From Eukaryota sp. TZLM1-RC (lineage: Eukaryota; Protista; Metamonada: BaSk clade), in assembly GCA_040285825.1 (NCBI GenBank), contig JAUPSS010000007.1:1326501-1390500 (forward strand): DNA of 64,000 nucleotides, in the 5' to 3' direction. A program made the translations under genes and the position numbers. Positions 57,932-64,000 of the stretch are shown here, piece after piece. Positions within the stretch are counted from its first letter, which is position 1. Every line of letters begins with the position of its first letter. The notes below the pieces were generated by a model. That model did no database searches. It was not told where the DNA came from and saw nothing but the letters and a program-made list of their open reading frames with translations.

Positions 57932-59039
57932 CTATTTGACGTGACTATAATGCTTGTTGATTATGAGTGTGATTGACTTGAAATGGCAACCCAGAATTGT
58001 TTTGTACAATGGAGGTTTTTTAATTCTGTTTTACAACAATGCACAAAAATAATTCTAAACCTTTCCACTTGAACCTTTGAAATTTTTCAAAGGTTTCCTT
58101 CTGATGTTCATCTGACCCATGGTGAATGTAATTTTTATTTGAATCAACTTCAAATTGAATTAGATAATTTGCCCAGTGATATCTGGATTCAGTGTTTTCC
58201 TCAAAATATTTAAGAAATTCCCACCCGATCACTTCCAAATTTACGTTTTTTCTTGAAAAAGCTTCACCACCATCTGGTAAAATTACATGACAGCTTGGAT
58301 TATGAAGTAAGACTTGGTTTGGCCAAAACTAACAATCCCGCTTTCAGGATTCTGTTCAATAATTTTTCGTTTTAGTATTCATCATAATAGTGCTGGTTCT
58401 TTTCGTACTAGGTCTTTTGATCAACTGTGACCACAAATTCTACCTGCACTTCCTTGTCCAGCAGTTGTCCAACAAGGTTTTGTTCTCATTGTATTTATTG
58501 GAATACTGTACTTTAGGCCGCGTGCCCGTACTGGTAGCAAATCCTGGTGATTAGGGCCATGTGACAGGAGTGGGTGTTCTATCCCAAGACCCATTTGTAG
58601 AATGGTCACCTGCTCTTATAGCTCGATTCGATGAGTCATTATCGATGGAGAGATGATACAGTTGCTTTGATGAACATAGGAGGAACAATGTGAAAAACAG
58701 CAACAGTTTCATGTGTTAAGATGTCTCTAGATGTTAAGATGTTTCGTAGTGTAATAGTGCAATATAAGGACCCTGAAATTGCCAACTCATTCAACACAAT
58801 CGAATATATGGTATCGGAATAATATAACGGGTATATATTGTCAATTCCTAAAATCAAATAGAAAACACACCACAGTAAGTTAAGTTGGCCCAAAACCCTG
58901 CACTGGAACCATCTTGATCTAGAATCAGCAAGAAAAAAGATATTCGAATCGAGTGAAGTATTTTCTATTGCAAGTCTGTTGTTCTTTTGTTTCTGAACAA
59001 GTCACAAAAGCAATTTATATCACATTATTTTGGGAATTT

Positions 59040-60295
59040 TTTAACTGAAATATTTATTGAGATAAAAATCAAACTCATCTGGACTTCAGTATCCTCCAAA
59101 CAAGCGTCACTATTACTGAACCTACTCACAGCATTACGTTCATATTCTACACCAATAGCTAAAAGTGCCTTTGAAATCATTGTTGGAATAGACTTGAAAA
59201 TGCAAAAAACAATTCTATTTAACCAGAAAGTGGAGTTCATTGTTTTACCAGACCTATTCAGTAACACTTTGAAATTTTCAAAAAAGTGCAACCCTGAAGG
59301 TCCAATAATGCCAAATAGAGAAATTGCAAACGGCACAAACTGATATTCCACATGTTCCACTCTACCTAATTGTGCCAAGGGTTCTTCATATTTTTTTGTC
59401 TTCTTTTTTTCAGCGTTAGATAACGGCGAATCAGCGGAATACACTAAACGAGCAGCAGAATTTTTGCAAACATCCACTGAAACAACGTTTACAACATTGA
59501 GAACCCCATCAATCCCTGGAGCTACTAAATCTGCCCTTCTTTTACCAAAGGAATCATCCGTTTGATCTGAAGACAGCTTACGTACTAGTGGCTCAATAAA
59601 TGCCTCTATATTGAAACTTTTGCACATGGCATATATTGATCACGAACTGAGTCATGAACAAGTGAGCAATAAGTTATAAAATACTTACAGTTTAAAATAT
59701 GGGAAAGCGTAACAACACTCTTGCAGCGACAAATTAAATCATTTGGTAAAGAACAAGGCCATAGAAAGCATCTCATTCTCATTACAGTGGTCCATTGGTG
59801 ATCATTCAGTAGAAGGCCATAAATGTTGGGAATTTGGGAGATTAGGCAACTTGAGCAACTGTCTTCAAGATCAGTCAAAAAGTTTGCAAAAACGGGATTT
59901 TTTTCTTTAGCCAAGCAAAGACGTACAATAGAATTCAAGTTTTCTAAAACTTTCAAGATTTTTTTCTGTAATTTTGCAAAAGACAGTGGTAAGGAGAGCA
60001 AGCTTCTTGGAGGAAGATCGACAATATCAGAGGGGTAACATTTAGACCAAATATTGATTCTAATTCATTTCCAAATTGAGTCAACAGAGTCGAAAGTTGG
60101 CCTTTGACTTCATCAATATTTCCGTGATAACAACCCAAAAAACGAAAACCAGACTGATCATAATTGATAAAGGGGACATTGACATCGTTAATGATAAAAT
60201 CAATTGGTTCATGACCAATAATCAAACATTTGGAGATATTCATTGAGAGACCAATATCTTCATAACGCTGTTGAATAAAAGTTGCTATTTGTTTG
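59040..60295 (-). pseudogene. Family C non-LTR element with an internal deletion and a frameshift
   Basis: ORFs at 59025, 59606 and 59953 match family C; ~390-bp deletion at TATTG microhomology (60052-60056). Confidence 0.88.
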
Positions 60296-60299
60296 GGAA

Positions 60300-61700
60300 C
60301 TTGATTCATTGGTTTTCACAATACCCCAATTGTTTTTCCGGTTGTAGAACAATGTGGCTGTTGGAATTTTAGATACGTAGACGTGTGCACTTATTGGTGG
60401 ATGCAGAAATGCAATATTTGAACTTTCTGAAAGATTTTCTGATTGGGTAAATTCATTGATGACAACGCAATGTATGAAAATGATCTTTATAATAATATAT
60501 GCAGCTCGGCTGATTGAAATCAAGATCTTCACTGATTGTTATTGGAAATGGTTGTCTCTGAAAATAATTCATAAGATTTTTCACTTTTTGTTACCATCAT
60601 ACCGCGAAGATTTGGATTGCGTATCATTAATGAAGCGGTATTATTGCAAAAAAAAGAGATTGTATTTGAACATTAGCTTTTGTTGGTGGTGGAAGATTTT
60701 GTATCGTTTCCCTGAAGATATTCATTTGCTGATTCCATCTGTTTCATAATATTTGTATGATGCTAATGTGGGCATTCATATTTATTGCACACAAATTTGG
60801 TGTGACTGTTTTCCCGACTCAGCAAGAGATTACTCCACAAAACTTGGTTTATTTAAGGTATAGTGTAAAAGAACCATCAAACAATTTGACAGTAATATTT
60901 GAAGGCTTGGATTATGAAGTACGTCTTTGCATGGGCAAGCAAAAAATGCTGCTTTTGCAAATTGTTTACTGAAAGTTTGTGATAGTTCTGCCTCTTGTTG
61001 AATTCATCAAATATCAAGAATTTATGATTTCTTTCTCAATGACCCGTGATTTTTGTTGTCTTTGCGTCTTCGATCTTTGAATTGAGATCATAATCTTTCT
61101 CATAGATTAATTTGTAAATGTGTAAATTCTGTCACTCCAACCCATTTCTTCAATTGTAATCGATTTATTACTTATAGATCAAGGTGCATGATGCAGTTCG
61201 TGATCAGCATCATTGTATGTATGAATCCTACAAGATTGAATCTTTTTAGAACCTTTGGTTTCAAATTCGGCTGATGGATCTGACAGAAATTCTTTTGGTG
61301 ACAGTTGTGGTGATGTGCTAGTTACCATACTTGATGGATCGATCAATGGTCAGTATTGATGTTAGATCTACTGATGTAACAAACAGCTCAAATGCAAAAC
61401 TGGCACAATCATACCTTTACGTACCTTTACGAAGAGTCGAAGAAGCGAAAATTATAAAGGATACAGAATAATGACCACAGAATAATGAACATTCTTTGTT
61501 CTTTCGCTTTTTCTTAATTTGGAAGTTTGGGTAAAACTGTGCTATCTTTCTTGGACGATTTCTCATCTATTGTAAAAACCTGAACTGGAAGAATATTCGA
61601 CCAAACCTTTTGGCGAAACAGAATTGACTTTTCTGTTTTCAAGAGAATGTATAGTCTTGTTTCTAGCTCATTGTTATTACTAGGAAAATTTTATGAAAAA
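60300..61700 (+). pseudogene. Old decayed non-LTR fragments (family B, then a C/D-related family)
   Basis: GGCRNAIFELSERF; RSRVH..VRDQ..YKIESFLEPLV...GDVLV...WRNRI. Confidence 0.7.
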
Positions 61701-61735
61701 ATCTCGACTACCTACTGCCCTACTAATAAATTGTT

Positions 61736-63987
61736 TCACTGAGTCAGAGAAGAACAATGTGGAAGATCAGAAATAGTTAACAACAAGAGCAAAAACAAAA
61801 ACACAATGTTCCATGGCCCAAATATTGGTAGAATAGTTAACGAACAAATAACAGAATAAATAACAACAAAAACCGTGCGGTTGGTATATTTGCCACTCTG
61901 ATGGTATAAATAGCCTATGAAAGCTGAAGAAACAAGAGAACGGAGAAAAGCTACATATTCCAATAGAATTACATACTTGTGCTCTGAATAAACCAAAAAA
62001 CAAATGAACATACACACTACTGGCCCACATAGCACAACTGCTACAGCAAACCATTCAAAAGATTTGCAACAGCGATCAAATAAAATGCACAAGGCGATGC
62101 AGGAAAATATCACAACATCTGCAACAACAAATAACCTAAAGAAAGGCATAACCAAATCTGTCCAATATGGAGAGGAAAGATAAAAAGTGACAAAAATTAC
62201 AGCGAAAACTCCGCAAAAAATGAGACTATTTTGAAAACAACTGAAATTATGTGGTTCAGTGGTGCCGAAAATCACTTTACGGTTGACTTTGGAACATGAG
62301 AACAACAAGAAAAAACCATACACACTACATGAAAAGCTGAAATTCATCAATGTTAGTTGTAGAAAATCTTCAAGCTCATTGGCCAGGAACAGAGACAAGA
62401 CTCGCATGAAAATCATACAAAAATACAAAAGTTCAGGAGGAAGGTATTTGACATCAGTCCTTTGTTTGAAGGTGTAAAAAAATATCATCAGTAGCGTTCC
62501 AAGAAAAGGCACAATATACGGGTCAAATAATGCTGAAAGAAAGAGTCCAACAGCACAACATGAAAAAGACAAAAATCGTGGAAGTGCAAATGTTGTAAAA
62601 TTATGCGAAGAGCGGGATCTTGAGTTACGTGTCCATGATGATGCAACATTTCTGCTTGAACGAGAGGTTGTCACGGGAGTTGAATTTCTTGAAGACGACT
62701 GAGGAGCAGTGACTGCTGGGACTGATTTTAATGGAGGTGTTTCCAGTGCAAGAGTCATAGCACCAGGAGCAGATGGAATAAATTCTTCCCTGGAGTAATG
62801 TGTACCAATAACGGCAGGTGAATTCCTCACAGATGATGGAAGAGTAGTGATAGGGGGGCTGTCATAAATTGACGTGCTGCCTGTGCAAGAGTCATGACAC
62901 CGGGTGCGGATGGAATAACCTCTTCTGATGGGGGATTGGAATTTCCACGAACTTTCGCAAGAACTGAAGCCGCAGATGGGCGTGATCCAGGAGAAATTGC
63001 AACCATGGAATAGACAAGTGGTTTCCACTGAAGAGGTAGTTGTTCTAAATCTATCAATGCTTCGCCTTGTTTCTTGACACGCTCAACTTGTAAAGCTTGA
63101 GCGCTGCTAACTACATAAGAAGGGTTGTTATTCGTTAAAATAGCCCAAAACAGCACACCCAAAGAAAAAATGTCTACAGGTGAGCTAACTCTGATGCATT
63201 GGCCCATAAGGACCTCTGGTGCCATGTAGGCAACAGTTCCGAAGACTGCTTGTGTCGCTACAGCATTGTTACTTCGAGAATCATCAATGTCTCCAATCTT
63301 TGCGGCGGTGATACTACCGTTCCGTATTTTCAGCATAACATTTCCAGCAGAAATATCCCTATGAACAAATCCTTTCTCATGAAGAACTGTCAGCCCAGCA
63401 GCGGCATCTTCCATAATCAACTCTGCTTCAGACAATGAGAAAAGCTGCTCTTTCAGAAAACACTGTTCAATGGATGAAGACATACGTTCCTGAACCAGCC
63501 CCGGTGGATTATAGGTAACACCATATAAAGCAACAATGTGATCGGTAACACCAATACTCTTAAACAGTTGGAATGTTCTTTCAACGTCTTTGCGAACTGC
63601 ATCGATGTTATCAACAGAGTAGTAGGGACATTTCCACACAACATCATTTGATCGTAAGCGAGCAGTTAAAATTTCGGCCTTAGGTGTTCGAACCAATAAA
63701 CTTTTGTGAAGGAGATCTGATGTGTCGACGGTGGTTGGTTTGAGCATACTTTGCATGCCTTCTTTCAGATTGTAGTTAACTCTAACCTCATCAAGGGAAG
63801 AGGGTTCTCTGCAGCATGGGCAACTGGGATTTATTGGTAACCACTGGTTCATGCAATCTGCACAGAAACTGTGACCACAAGGGAGAACGACGGGATTCAG
63901 GAGAAGACCTCCATGAATGATGCATAAGAAGCTTTCATGGTAATCGTCCATGTATGATCTCGAACAAAATTCACGAATTTCCTTCAT
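61736..63987 (-). CDS. RING finger + protein kinase + PSAP repeats + multi-pass TM protein (~750 aa, one 1-bp frameshift at 62853-62858)
   Basis: RING (CIIH...PCGHSFCADC...CPCC); HRDISAGN, GTVAYMAPE, DIFSLG; internal repeat spaced 137 (138-1) nt; hydrophobic C-terminus in ORF 61736-63028. Confidence 0.75.
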
Positions 63988-64000
63988 TCAGCATTCACAA

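Noticed and set aside
58020-58980. Short minus-strand ORFs upstream of the kinase
   Set aside because: Fragmented with no identifiable domain
62881-62900. Possible 20-nt GT-AG intron that would also restore the RING-kinase-TM frame
   Set aside because: It would delete part of a conserved repeat; the repeat alignment places the shift in the G6 run
1-64000. CRISPR arrays, tRNA or rRNA genes
   Set aside because: No repeat-spacer array or cloverleaf recognised by eye; tRNAscan-SE or Infernal would be needed to exclude small RNAs

Overview
AT-rich, intron-poor eukaryotic DNA using the standard genetic code, from a flagellated protist (it carries CFAP46); the organism cannot be named from sequence alone. 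About half the window is nested transposable elements. (1) A young, intact 7.3-kb Ty3/Gypsy element at 852-8185 with identical 155-bp LTRs, a 4-bp TSD, a 1073-aa Gag and a Pol ending in a chromo-like domain. (2) A related non-autonomous gag-only element arranged LTR-gag-LTR-gag-LTR at 12154-14216. (3) Many 5'-truncated or decayed CRE-like non-LTR retrotransposons (RT + CCHC + restriction-like endonuclease, RLE) of at least five sequence families, inserted into each other and tandemly amplified. (4) Two ~1.95-kb Mutator/MULE copies flanking a Fes1/HSPBP1 gene. Host genes are MMS19, CFAP46, MAT1, Fes1/HSPBP1, a PP2C and a CaMKK-like kinase with a 31-nt intron. Two unusual fusions are present: NTPase + B-box + PD-(D/E)xK nuclease, and RING + kinase + PSAP repeats + multi-TM. 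The most notable signal is that neither LTR family has a canonical tRNA primer-binding site. Both instead carry the same covarying hairpin (outer stem, AT bulge, CAATA-nn-TATTG) across the 5' LTR end, which suggests a non-tRNA priming or dimerisation mechanism. All calls are from reading by eye; no database searches were run, and boundaries of decayed elements are approximate.
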